Assembly (NCBI GenBank): GCA_000708835.1
Contig: DF236971.1
Span: forward strand, 251,838-315,837
Direction of reading: 5' to 3'
DNA length: 64,000 nt
From: Klebsormidium nitens
Lineage: Eukaryota > Plantae > Klebsormidiophyceae
The position numbers were made by a program, and so were the translations under genes. The notes under the pieces are model-generated. The model searched no databases. It saw only the letters and a list, made by a program, of their open reading frames with translations, and had not been told where the DNA came from. Shown here piece by piece: positions 1-12,581 of this stretch. Position 1 is the stretch's first letter. Each line of letters starts with the position of its first letter.

Positions 1-167
1 AGAGAAATGGAAGAGGTAACGACCTGGAGACGGAAACATTTTCCAGATCCCTTTCCAGCAAACAGAGCGTTAATGTTCTGATCACCGGGGCGGATATGAA
101 TCTCAATCTCACAGCCTTCAGAGCGGCGAGAGGGTTTCCAAACTTAGAACCATACAACTTCCCTCAC

Positions 168-1864
168 CTTGATCACCAGATCGTCCGCGTCTGCCACATG
201 TAACCGCTTCAGCTCCGAAAACAGGCACCCGTTCATCCAGTTCCGCGCCCCGGGGTGCCCCCCGGGGCCTCCGATCCCCCTTCTCAACTCGTCGTTGATC
301 CTTTCGACGCCAAAATCATCCCGACACAACGAAACTGCGCACGCCAGAATGTGCTCGTCATGCATCGGTCCCCCCCAAGGTTCGTTCCGGAGGAGTATCG
401 GCCGCAAGGTTCCGAAGTACTCCTCAGTTTTGCCCTTGGTTATGGCGGCGGTGGTTTCCAGAACCATGTCCCAAACCCAGGGGCATTCGGAGGGGAGGTC
501 CCAGGCGGCAAACATGTCCTTGGCATGATGAACAACGTATTCGCCTGCAAATCGGAATGGAAAGAGTTGCACGACGTTGAAGGCTGATGGAACGTTTCTG
601 ATAGAGAGAAAGCTTTTCTAGAGAAGGCTTTTCTGGTAAAGACGAGGGTTTTTAAAAATCAGTTGTGTACCACAATTAGAGGACTGATGTAATCTGGGGT
701 GACCAGGGTTGGACAGATTGGAACAGGACCTGGATGTTTTGAGGTGGATCTGATGTGTACGAGAGGGTACAATGACCCTTCTGGCTGGTTGTGAACACTA
801 AAAAGGTACCCAGACTGCTGTAGATCGATGACACCAAAACATCTTTGCAATCACAGCGAGTAATACTGCTAATAAAGACTCCCTCCCGTTATAGAAGCAG
901 TACCAGTGTCCTCAAACCAGACCAATGGAGGGACACTCGAAATGAAAACAATTTCAAAGGGGACTGAAAAGCCCCACTCCTCACCTCTGTCCCACTCCCC
1001 CATCAACAACGCCAGCTTCCGCAGCTGCTCGTCTGAGCACAGTGGCAGGAACGGCGTGAGCGCACGCGCAGCATGATTGCAGATCGAGCCCCGGGGGTCG
1101 TCGTAGTCGAAGGCCTCGGCCACAGCATGGCCGCAACACGCAATCTCGACCAGCTCGTCAAGAACGCCCTTCAGCTTTCCCGCCGCACCTAGTTCTTCTT
1201 CCGACAGCTCGGCCCACATTCCTTCCTCCGCAGGCTGTACGGACTGGAAGTCCGAATGTGGTTGTCCAGATTGGCTTGGATTGTCCAAACCTGGCTGTCC
1301 AGATTGGTTTGCCGTTTCCGAATGCTGATTGTTTGGCGCGCTAGAACCTTGCTCACTAGCCGGTTTCTTTGCTTGAGCCTGGAACGGGCCCCTGATCTCC
1401 GCAAACACAGTCCCGGACGCCTGCACAAACTCCTGCGGCGAGTCCTCAATGTCAAACACGGCCCCATACTCTTTCACAAGCGCCAGCCTGTAGTCGGCCT
1501 TCGCAACCCCCGCCTGCACTCGCAACGCCCTTTTTCTAGCCTCTGCAAGCATTCCAAACTCGTCCTTTGTGTAAGGGCTCCTCCGCCGCGGTCCGCCCCC
1601 CCCCCTGTGGAAGTTCTCAAACGGGTCATGCCCCGAAAGTCTGCTCTTGAACCGCTCCCCCCGCCCCAGGTCGAGCATCCCGGTCTCCACCAGCTGCCAA
1701 GTCTTGAAGCGCTTGAGCAGCTTCTTGCGCTCCTTGGCGCGGTCCGCGTCCGAGGGTTTCTTCTTCAGGTCGGGCCCGTTGGTGGCCATGTAATGCTGCG
1801 CCTGGAGGAGGATGTCGCGCAGCGCCTGCGCGTCCTCCCCGTTCATGCCGGGAAAGGGGAACAT
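168..1864 (-). CDS. Hypothetical protein, 5' part; exons 1864-985 and 544-168, continuing beyond the window start
   Basis: Long GC-rich ORF 869..1864 with a donor after DRG (AGAG|gtgagg). Phase-matched acceptor tttgcag|GC at 544, and a donor AAG|gtgagg at 168/167. No family recognised. Confidence 0.65.
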
Positions 1865-2000
1865 TGTGACTTGATGGACCTCGAGACCAAGGAGATCTAC
1901 CTAGATTTCAACAGAGCGCCTTAGCTTTCTGAGGTTTCTGAGAAAAGACCACGTTCTTCAAGTTCAGGCTTCAACTTCAAGTTCAGGCTTCAAGTTCAAC

Positions 2001-2258
2001 TACCGTACCAGCGTTTAATTTCGTTTTTAATTAAATAATTGTTTGGGCTGCCGAAAATTTTGGAAAATGTTTGTGTTCGATGACGAAAAGGTCAAATAAA
2101 ATTTTTGGGCGTTAAAGGCTGGTAATGGTTGTTTTTAGAAGAGGAATGCTACTTTTACGAAATGTTGGAAAAATAGAAAACACTCCGCCGAAATGTCAGA
2201 TCGATTAGAAATTAATTAATTGGCACCCAGACCGACAAAATCAAACGCTGGTACGGTA
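2001..2258. mobile_element. MITE-like non-autonomous DNA transposon, 258 bp, AT-rich core
   Basis: Perfect 16-bp terminal inverted repeats taccgtaccagcgttt (2001-2016) / aaacgctggtacggta (2243-2258), extending to 22/24 bp. Flanked by the direct repeat cttcaagttcaac (1988-2000, 2259-2271). No ORF. Confidence 0.75.
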
Positions 2259-3124
2259 CTTCAAGTTCAACTTCTTTGTTGTCCTGCCTAGCTCAGCCTA
2301 GCTCCACCTCCCGGCCTTTCATCATAGCTGGAGTTCTGCGCTCTCTCGAGATGTGAACCCCCGGGTTGCGGGTGCCGGGTGAAACAACCCCTCGACGGTC
2401 TCGGGACACCCTCCCGGCCATTTCAAGGAAAAAGATACGCCAAACCCTTAAACCCTGACATAGGGCGATGGCAAGGCCAAGCGGGCCGGCCGCGGCCGCG
2501 CCATCCATGCAGCCTGATGCTGCTTTTGCAGCCGCAAATGTTGTGATTGCAAGCTTTGAACTTGTTGTAGGGCGTTCACAGTCTGATCAGGCCGTCTGTG
2601 CCGTCCAATTCGGGTGGCGTAACCAGCATTGAAGCTCTTGAGTTCAGGGATTGCAGGGCGGGCACGGGAAGCGGCACACGGACGCAAGGGCGGGCTTTGG
2701 GTAGGGCGGCAGGAATCACCAAAGCAAGCGCTGTAGAGTAGTTCAGATAGCAGCATACCATCAAAGGTTCCCTAAATCTGAGCGGAAGACTTTCTTGATA
2801 GCCTAGACTTTAGCCTAGCTGTTGTAGTTGTTTCTGTCACTGAGTCGTATCACCAACGATGCGTCCTATTTCTGCAAGCTCATAAGTTTTGTCGTTGGTT
2901 GTGGACCGCAGACCACCGCACTTCACATCAGACCGATGTTCCGAGCGCAAGATATGTTAAACAATCTTTGAAATCTGGATCCTTCTTTGATATTCAATAC
3001 GATGCTGTCAGCGGCCCGCCGGCTCGAGCTTCTCGTCCCGTGTGCGCCTCTCCCCCTTCTCGGCCCTACGGCACGGCACAGCAATCCTCAGCACCGCCGG
3101 ATTCATCAGACTTGGACTTGCGCA

Positions 3125-6100
3125 ATGAGCTCTCAAAACAATGGAAGCCCCCCCAAGCTGGACACTTCGGTGAAGCCTCCCTGTCCAGTGATGGATCCTG
3201 GAATTGAAGCATTGGTGCAAGCGATACATGCAACACCCATGCGTGCAATGCTGCTATTCTCAGGTGGAGCTTCTCAGGTGAGTTAACTATTGGATGCAAT
3301 TGGCACTTAGTTGCAAGTCTACTCACAGGAAGTCCTCCTCAGAATGCTGTTGACTCCCAAGGTTATTGTACTTAGAAGTAGGAAATCTGCATCGAATTTG
3401 GAGTGTTTACATTTTAGACTAGTTCAAACACTCAAGTTCCCACTTGCGTTCCTGCCATTTGGTGCGGTCTTTCAAGTCTGTGTCAGAATTTACTCCTTTG
3501 TGTTTGTTCTGCCCTTCTGTGAACGAGCAACCCGCAGCACGGCACAATTCTCAGGCAGGTCGCTTCGCGGACCAGTGTTCCTTGGATTGATCATTGACTG
3601 AAAGTTCCTCTGTGAGATACTTATCATGCGGTGACCTTTCTGACAGGCCCTCAGCTGGCTTCTCTCAGTTCCTGGGGCTTCAAGTACTCTGCTGGAGGCA
3701 ACAACACCATACTCAAGAAGAGCCCTCCATTTGGCTCTTGGCAAGGTAGCAAGATACTTGCTTGGCCTTCTGAGAACGGCGTTAAGGCAACTGAGCACTG
3801 TTTCAGCTACATTTACGAGGCCACAGTCTTTCAGTTGACTTGAAAGAGATGTTTCAGCAATTTTTGTCTGTTCTCCTTCCCTTCTGGAAGTAACTGTCAT
3901 AGCAGACTGCAGTCTGTCACAATATCCTCACACACTTTTCCATTTGACGATAAGTTCCAGAAAGCCTTTGCAATTTTGTTCTTGCCTGCTCTTATATGGC
4001 AGAGAGGTACAAAAGCTGGTTATGGTCTATCAGCTCAGAAGAGGCTTTAATATCTCCTCATGTTATGCAGGAGCCAGAGCAATTTGCGAGCCAGGCAACA
4101 GCCAACGATATGGCCCTGAAGGCCTACAACAGAGCGCTTATGTTGGCAGGACCTGGTAGGTTTTACTCTTTCTTAAGCCTCACATCCCCACATCCCCCGC
4201 AGTTATGGTTGCATTCTTAGATGCCGAGAGGTCAATACATCCTTTCTTTCGTTTGAAAGCCCTGCCGTAAGTTAATGGCTGCCCCCGGGGCAATCTTCGA
4301 ATTGAGCTGGCAAGCACCTTTGTCCTGAGCTTGATATTAGTGCCCCCAGTACGAGACCGGGAGAGCTCAAAAGACAACCAAAACCAATCTCATATCTCAT
4401 AGTATGCCAATTTGGATACAGAGGCACTATCAGCTCGAAAAGTTCTCTTGAAGCTGATCTTAAGTTTGTTTTATACGCTGTGGTTCAAGCTGGATCGGAA
4501 CCTACGACATGCCTTTTAAACCAAGCCCCGAGGACTCTGTCAATTCTGAGACCTACTGTGGTGCAACTCTGCAGGTGTCCCGGTTGCTGGGATCGGTTGT
4601 ACCTGTGCGATTGTCTCTGGGGCCCCAAAGAGGGGCGACCACCGGTCAGTGCTCAAAGACCCTCGAAAACACAATTGTTTCCAGTGACTTTTGTTTCGCC
4701 CACTCTTATCATTGCTTCTTTCGCTTCATCTGGTTCCCTTGCGAGCTTTGTGGATTGCACGGTCACACCGTCTTAGCTATAACGAGTCCAGGCTTGAAAA
4801 GCGCGACATTGGGTCTGCATCCTGGTCGACCATCAACCTCAAAGGCAGTCCCGAATTGGGCACAGATCCTTTCAAGGATATTCCTACTGCTTTTTCGTGT
4901 CAGCTGGTTCGAACGCTTCCTAGGCCACGTTGCCAATCAGGGCATCGCAGATTTGCTGACGGATTGGGTCCTGTGTGCGGCTCCTTTGGGAGGCTGTCAG
5001 AATGCGAGAACTCGCTTGCTTTTCTTGTCAAAGTCTCTAGTTGGACAAGCCCACATTCCGGCACGACACTCAAGACGTTCCATAGAAATCATTGTTCGTT
5101 CACCTGACACACAGCCTGTGTCTGAACTGAAAGAATCTAGGATCACGTCACTTTGCTTTGGGTTACATGTGAACAGGCGCCGTTCGGTGCAGGTGTTTTG
5201 TGGCCGCGCGCACCCAGGAACGCACGTGGGAGGCCGGCATGTTCCTCGACAAGGGCCTCCGAGACCGCCTCGGGGAGGATGACGTCACCAGCAGGCTGCT
5301 CCTGCAGGTGCGTGCCGAAAGCTGACGTAACCAGCAGCCTGCTCTTGCACGAATACTCTTTGAAGCTGACTTCATTAGGTCTGCTCCTGCTGGTGCGGGG
5401 TTAAAAGCTGACGGCTTGGTTCCTGAGGAACGTCCTCTCTGTCCAGAGAAGCAGCATGGCAATTCCCCGCTCGTGGCTGAGGTCGTTTGCCCTCGTCGCT
5501 CGTTCCCTGGCTGGATTGGTTGTGATTCATAGTCTTTGAGCAATCTGCAGTTCCCGATGGCTCCAGAACCTTCATCAAAAAGCTCTACCAACGCATCGTC
5601 ATACAGCTAAGTCGACGGATATATCTGGTACTCGGCATCTATCTTGTAATACCCATTCGCATCGAAACCTCCCACTTCCTTCACCACTCCTTCCGTGCCG
5701 CTCCAATCCGCCGCCGCTCGCTTCTCTCAGGCGATCGCAAACGCCAGCGGCGTCCCCCGCCACCTGGACCTCCGCTTGACCGACTCCGAGGCGCAGCGTC
5801 TCCAATGGTCCACTCGGTCTTTCTCCCGCGACGAGCAACTCGAGCAGCTCTTGCGGCGCGAGGTGCCGTTCGTAACGTTTCTCCCCGAGGGCCTGAGCTT
5901 GGAGGGGAAGCGGCGCGTGATCCTGCCCGGGTCGTTTAACCCGCTGCATGAGGGACATCTCGGGATGATGGATGCGGCGTGCAAGTAAGTGCATATTCAT
6001 CTTAAGAGAGATTGAAGCTTTCGTTTTCTTTCGGACAATCGCTCGACCTGCACCGTATCGAGCAATCTCTTAGTGAGTGCCACTCGGCTTGATTCTGGCA

Positions 6101-8576
6101 AGAGGCTTTTGAAACTGGTGACGGGGACATTTTCAGTCTGGAGGGGAAGCGGCGGGTGATTCTGCCCGGGTCGTTCAACCCGCTGCACGAGGGGCAGCTC
6201 GGGAATTGTGGACGCGGCGTGCATGTAGGGGCCTTTCTTAACATGCGTTTCGTGTTTCATGGGAGAAGGTTTCGGAAAGAAGGACACACCTTTTCTTTGG
6301 GCTTTTCAACACGTCTCGTTGAATTTGGGAAATTCTTTAAGGCAAAGGATAGTCTTTCCACTTTGGGAAGAATGTCTGGACAATCAGTATATATCTGCTA
6401 TCAACACGAGACTCGTCGCACTTGTCAGTACTGCCCTTTTACATGGTTTGGGCCTATGAAGGCTTTGAATCGGGGCATGAGGACCAATGCCTTTTTTCAC
6501 AACCGCAGTTTACAAGCAACGACAATCACGTCCGATCCTACTCCATGTGCGTCTGCCATACTATTGTATGCAATATAGCCGGCAATTCAGTCGTTCCCAG
6601 CATCAAACTTTAGCGGAAGGGTTATGCTCCCTTTTGCAGGTTGGTTCGTAACCCCGCCCCCTGCTTCGAGCTATCGGCCACAAACCCTGACAAGCCGGCG
6701 CTTCCCGTAGACGAGATCCGACGGCGAGCAAAGCAGTTTGAAGATAGAGGTACGCATCCAAGATTACCAAAGTCGCGTGTGTTTGATCTGCAACTCGGCA
6801 GAAAAGACTGCTCGCGAAGCCTTTCAGCGTTTTTATGCAACAGTCTGGACGCAACTTTGTCGAGTGACGCAGAACGACAAACTATTGATCTTCACCTTGT
6901 ATAACCGCTTTTGTCAAGGACGCCGTTTTGTTCAGGAGTCCACTCGAGTGTCGCTTGTGCAAGGCATGGGTTTGTACTTTAAGCCATCTCTAAGCCAACT
7001 TCAAGTCTGCTCCGACTAGCTTTTTACGGATTTTTTTAACGATTCTTTGCTGTTAACCCGTTCTACCGGTGCTTCTGACAAATCTGCTCAGTTCAAGAAT
7101 ACAAGAAGATCTCGTACAGAGCAGAAATTGCCCCCCAACGTCATTACCTGCTCCATACCCTAGGAGGTGTTTACCGGTTCTAGTCGAGTCTGTAAGACGT
7201 TGTACAGTACTCATGGTGTCTCACAATTCCGGCACAAATGGCCAATGAGAGATTCTCAAAGGGCGCAAACGTGGGTGTTTCGCAGGCTCGATGCTGGTCG
7301 TGACGGACGCGTCCCTCTTCACACGCAAGGCCCAGCTGCTTCCGGACAGCACCTTCGTGGTCGGAGTCGATACCGCCAAGCGGCTCTTCATGGTGAGGCG
7401 GAGCATCAACTGAAAGACAGAGCAATCCGTGAAATGGACGTTTGAACTTCTACAAATAAAGCCTTTCAAGTTGCGTTGAGACAGCACCTTCGTGGTCGGA
7501 GATGATACCGCCAAGCGGCTCTTCATGGTGAGGGGAAAGGTGACGTCAACCGAAGGACTTGACAACCGTCGACGCTCGTATCTTTCTGGGTTTGTTCAAA
7601 GCAAGCTTCCGATTGCCTTGAATAACAAGTTCGTCATCTGGTCGGTACAATCAGGAGGCGCTCCAAGGTGACGGAGCAGAGGGGCTCAAAAAAAGAGGAG
7701 CTTCAAATTCCCTGAGGGTCAGCCTTCGGTTTGCGTTGGGACAGCACTTTCGGAAATTGGAATTGATACCGCTCAAAAAGGCTCGTCATCGTGAGAAGTC
7801 ATGTCGTCAGGTCAGGGACCTGGCACCTGTCCACCTTCAGAGGAGACGTCACTCTAGTTCGGCCGAATCAGCTTCCGACCTGCGCTTACAATAGCAGTCT
7901 AGGACACAAAACGCCTGAGGCTAGCATAGGTATTAAGCTCACCACTTCAAGCCTTCATCTGCGTTGAAAACGCAGTCGCAGACCGGAATGGGAACTACCG
8001 AGGCTCCCAGAATCTGCCTAACATGTAGTGTATTAACGTTCTGCCGTGCAGAAAAAGTACTACGACGACAGCCGTGCAAACATGATCCGAGAACTGTCTC
8101 AAATGCGGGAGAACGGGTGCGACTTTGCCGTCGCTGGGAGGGCTCTTGGGGAAAATGGATTCGAGGTGAGAGCAACATTGTCTTTTCCGCGAACATAGGG
8201 TCCACCTCGAATCTTGCACGTTTGGTAGGCTAAATCTGGGTCGGCCGTTATGGTTCCTTCTTCTATCTTCTGTTGCGTTCATAATCGCATGTAAAGTTTC
8301 ATACAGATCTGAAAGGGTTTCAACTGCGGACCGGTCTATGATGTGGGTTCTACCTCTCCCATGTCCCCTGTGTTCTGCAAGAAGGACTTTATCAAACCAA
8401 GGAAAACGAGATCGGTGTTGACGACTCCCTCGGATTCTCCCTGGGTGCAGCGTCTCGAAGACATCGAAGTTCCTCACGAAGTTGCGGACATCTTCAAAGC
8501 GATCCCGGATTTTAGAATGGATATCTCTTCCACCGAGCTCCGAAAGAAGCTCCAAAACGCTGCTCCGAAAGGATGA
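3125..8576 (+). CDS. Nucleotidyltransferase superfamily protein: CinA-like N-terminal domain plus NadD/NMNAT-like cytidylyltransferase domain, ~410 aa, 10 exons
   Basis: Exons 3125-3277, 3647-3745, 4071-4155, 4575-4644, 5193-5307, 5731-5984, 6640-6749, 7286-7392, 8052-8165 and 8451-8576 splice in frame with GT-AG. Motifs GGASQALSWLLSVPGASSTLLEA, PGSFNPLHEGH (HxGH), FELSATNPDK, FVVGVDTAKRL and FRMDISSTELRK match the plant nucleotidylyl transferase family. Confidence 0.9.
6138..6228 (+). repeat. Decayed intronic copy of the 3' end of exon 6 (LEGKRRVILPGSFNPLHEG)
   Basis: Near-identical to 5899-5990. HEGH has become HEGQ, and a 1-nt insertion follows. Confidence 0.85.
7480..7795 (+). repeat. 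Two intronic copies of the 3' end of exon 8 plus its donor (7480-7533 near perfect; 7740-7795 decayed)
   Basis: gacagcaccttcgtggtcggag..gataccgccaagcggctcttcatggtgagg is repeated from 7345-7398. Confidence 0.85.
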
Positions 8577-8796
8577 AGCTCGTATGCTGTGCTCTATTTG
8601 GTAACTACTTGGACGCCGAATCTGTTGTCCCACTTCTCATGGGCGTGTCGAAGTTGCAAGTCAGTATCGTCGTTCACTGTAATGTGCCAATAATGCCATG
8701 ATGAGCTCCTTCCTCACTGAGCAACAAAGGAAGTGATCATGGACCTTCATGAAGATGAAGGAACCCTTCAAGTGCATGCATAAGGTGCAATCATCA

Positions 8797-8839
8797 AAGC
8801 CTATGGCCTATTTGGCTACGGCGAGTACGAAAAGAGACC
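8797..8839 (+). repeat. Short dispersed repeat; inverted partner at 18436-18484
   Basis: aagcctatggcctatttggctacggcgagtacgaaaagagacc matches the reverse complement of 18436-18484 (aagccttaggccttagagtattttgctacggcgaaaacgaaaagagacc). Confidence 0.6.
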
Positions 8840-9704
8840 ATCAAAAAGCTACCTTCAAATTGTCGGACGCGGCGGGGTTCGATGGACCGTGCGCTGTTAA
8901 ACTGTGCCGACGTTGCTAACTGTTCATATATGCAGTACCATGCCAGTGCATCATGGTGACTGGCGATATAAAGCTGGCCATATGGGACCCCAATATTGCC
9001 CGCGCGCGCGGCGAGCCTGGTTAGACGAGGTTACATGCGACGAGCGATTCGAGGCCCATGTGCCGCCATGGCATGCAATCAACTTTACTAAAGCAACTAT
9101 GCATAATCATTCATGCTAATCGGCGCGCATCCCGGCGGCCGCGGCTAGGACTCTCATGGGCCTAGGCGGCGCGCACACGTCGACTATTGCATGAAGTTTC
9201 TTACAAGCATTAGTAATTTAGGTATTAAGTTCATCTGCCCGCGGGCCATTTTGAGCGCATGGCTAGATCTAGCATTTTCTGATATCATCGATACCGACGA
9301 TCGAGCACGCAGATCGTAATTAACGATTGCGCAGAGTTATAGGTTAATTCAACAAATGAATTGCACGTTGGGGTCCGCAAAAGCTCTTCAGCTTTAATTA
9401 ACTTGGGCATCTGGCCGGGGCCGCCCGGCCTCACCTATAATTGCCGCCTGCACATCGGATTCCCGACCTTAAACAAAAAGCCCCAGCCGCCGGTTAGCAA
9501 TGAAACATACCGACCAAGTCAAAATAATGATACGACCTGATTTATCTAGCTTTTGAGCAAGTAACATACTGGTTAGAAAGCAACGACACTAATAGTCGGA
9601 CATTGCAGTCAAATTGAAGTCCCCCTGGAGCTTTCGAAAGTTCGCTAGTCCGCACAACTCAGGCCGTCGGACGGTAGCAACAAATAGCGATATGTACAAA
9701 GTGA

Positions 9705-12581
9705 TTATGAAAAGGGCAACCATCCTGTTCGTTTCTTCGGCAACTCTTGTGCTTCTTGTTGCGTGCTCGTCGACTGCGCTTCCATCTGTTTCGACGACAC
9801 TTGCGACTCAACGTTCTCCGACGGTGGTAGACTCAACGGTAAGGAAGGCGGCAACAAGCTAATAACCTGATGGCCAGCACTCTGACCGCTTTTTGAAGCT
9901 TCTAGCAAGCCTAGGCGCTCTTTTAGTTGCCGCAACTCTTCCTGAGTCGCTTTGTTCATCTCCAAAGCTTCCCGAAGTTTTGCGTCCATCTCTTCCGACC
10001 GCTGTACACTTTTCTGCAAGGCACCAGCGGACCTGGATATGAGCAGAAAGAATACATACTCCGGACAAGACGTCCGGAGTATGTCTTTCGTCATGATTCC
10101 ATTGGCGCCCTTGTCACGGGATCTTGCCGGACCTTGCAAAGCGGACGAGATTGGCTCCTCAGACGAGTTGAACACCTTCCAAACCACTCTGATATCGATT
10201 GTGAGATTCAAACCTCCAACCAAATCAAATTCAAATGTCAAGTAACTTTTGTCTTCCAACCGATGAACCCGAAGAACGTTTTGCCTATCATTCTCAACCA
10301 GTCTTTTTGAAGCACTATCACGCCTGCTCACAGTCTTCAGGAGCCGCCGGCGTTTCTACTAACGACTGCGTGTGCTCTTCTGGCCACCTCTTTGGCTCCC
10401 CGACAAAAAGACATGTGCACGACTGACTTCACCAGAGAGAATCTGCTTGTGCCATAGATCAAAAAGGTAAAAAGCGCTTACCTCCTGAGCCTCTCGCGCT
10501 GCTTCTGTCTTCCGGTAGTCCGACTGGGCGTTCCGTTGGTACTCCCACACCAGAATTCCGGCTGCGACCTGTGAAAGAGCAAAGGCTTCAGCGGCGCATT
10601 CCAAAGCCGCTGCGCGCGATCGAAAGCACGTCGAACAAAAGTCAGACAAAGTGCGTTAGCGGGCGTTTCTCCCCCCCCCCCAAAATCTCTTCAAGAAACT
10701 CAGAAAGGCTTCAAAAGCTCTTCTTTTCCAGGCAGATAGGGGTGTCGACATCCTAGAGTGACTTCAAGTCAAGTAAAGTCAAGCCCCCGTTGTTCGGATA
10801 CCGAGTTTTTTTGACTGTTCTCTGTGCGGCCCGCAGCAGAGGAAAGACGAACGGTCCCGTGAATCCATTGTGAAGGGCCTGTGCGAGAGAGTCTGCGCCG
10901 CACTGAGAAGTACCAACTTCGAATCAAATCCGCTCAGTATTGCTTCCAAGGTGGACAAGCAGCTTTGAAATGGTTCCTCACGGAACAGTTTCAGTCCTCG
11001 TTCCCACTCGAAGAACACGCACAACTCAAATTGAAAGAGAACGGCACTAAGAGCGTATTAAGACTCGCAGGCTCCGGGAATCCGTTCAGTTTTTGAGGGA
11101 TGAAAGAACCCTGGTAAGTTGAGAATCCAATTAAAAGAGTGTGCTAGAGAGCTGGTACAATTACTTGGTAGATAACTAGTCAGAAACTCAGCCCGGAGTT
11201 TGTTGTGCAGAATTTCTTTCATATAAAAGCAACGACACCTTATCTATCGACGGTAAAAGGTATGTAAGGATAAAAGCGCTCAGCCAATGTGAACAGGCTC
11301 CAAAAGATGAAGCGCCTGCCTCTTCGAATATGACTAAGAGCCTGGATGACCATCCAGAAACCGTTCCAGAATAAGTTCAACAACTTTACCACACGTGCTC
11401 ACCGAAAAGATGGTGACTTCTCCAACCAGGTCTGCCGCAGTCTGCAAAGCCCTCTCAGCATTCAGCGGCCGGATCTCCACGTCCGTGTCTTGCGCATACA
11501 ATCGCCGTTGCATGTTGACATTGTACCGATGGTACTTCTGCACGTCAAAAGGACACGGTCACTATTCATCTTCGATATGACACTTAGTAAAACTGGATTC
11601 CACCTGGTCTCGGATTCCAGTGCATTCGTCCTCTTACCTCGTGGGCAACAGATTATCTTTCTTCCGCGGTAGAATCTGTTCAGCGTTCCCGTCCAATTGA
11701 ACGCTTCTGGCTTCGTCTGAAATCGTTCTGCGCATATCAAAGAGAACGCCCGACTGGCAGCCCACCATAGTGAGTGATTTTAAAGCCCTTTTTGGCAGAG
11801 CGATTGAAGCAAACTTTCCGCAGATGTGACTTGGGGTTCTGAAAATCAGGCAGGCAAAAAGCGAAGACCTTGCCTACACTTCTTGGATAATACAGACCAC
11901 AGCAATGACAGCAGCGGATTAGGGAAGCTTGGAACAGCACAACCGGAACAACCACTAGCAGGGGAGTAAGTTGCAATCTATTACCGCGCAGATTCTAGGT
12001 TGCACCATTTCATGATCAGCCAACTGTGACTCTGTTGACTCTAGGAATAACACCCTCACTAGGAGTGAGGGTGCAGACAAGGCAAGGTGAAGAAGACGGA
12101 GTCGCACTTGTCAACGTGACGTTCATGAATCACCGTTTGTACTTTGAAGAGTGTTCGGGTATATGCATACACTTCCCAGGTTATCAGCATGTATTGAGGA
12201 CGCTTTTGAAAGGCCTGTAAAGCTTATTTCTTGTTTCAACCACAGGCTAGACACCATTCCAAAAGGGAGAGAGTACCAAGATTACAAAGCCTACTAAGAT
12301 CAAACTCCATATAAACACAACTTTGTAACTTACATGGACAAGCCCAAGAGTCGATAGAGTGCATGTACAAAGTTTCAAAAACCTGCCCCTAATGAGTATG
12401 GAACTCGAAGACGTGAGAAGGCCTGGAACCTGCAAACGTTGCTGTTTCTCACCTGTGCTACTCCCGTAACCCATTCCCGAAACACCTCGTTCCGTACCGC
12501 CACCCGCTTCACCTGAGCTGCCAGCGGCTTTGTGAGCTGCCGCAGGAGCAGAGTCCCAAGCTTAGCTACGGGGAGAATCAT
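9705..12581 (-). CDS. OPA3: OPA3-like (optic atrophy 3 family) protein, ~219 aa, 4 exons
   Basis: Exons 12581-12453, 11537-11403, 10568-10482 and 10013-9705 are in frame. MILPVAKLGTLLLRQLTKPLA, YHRYNVNMQRRLY..DVEIRPLNAERALQTAADLVGE..IFSVAAGILVWEY is the OPA3 signature, followed by a coiled-coil tail. Confidence 0.9.

Noticed and set aside
1256-1924. 222-aa plus-strand ORF
   Set aside because: Antisense shadow of the minus-strand exon.
8880-9440. GC-palindrome-rich intergenic block as a mobile element or ncRNA
   Set aside because: No TIR, TSD or recognisable RNA family.
10014-10331. N-terminal half of the 208-aa ORF 9705..10331
   Set aside because: Intron of the OPA3-like gene; only 10013-9705 is exonic.
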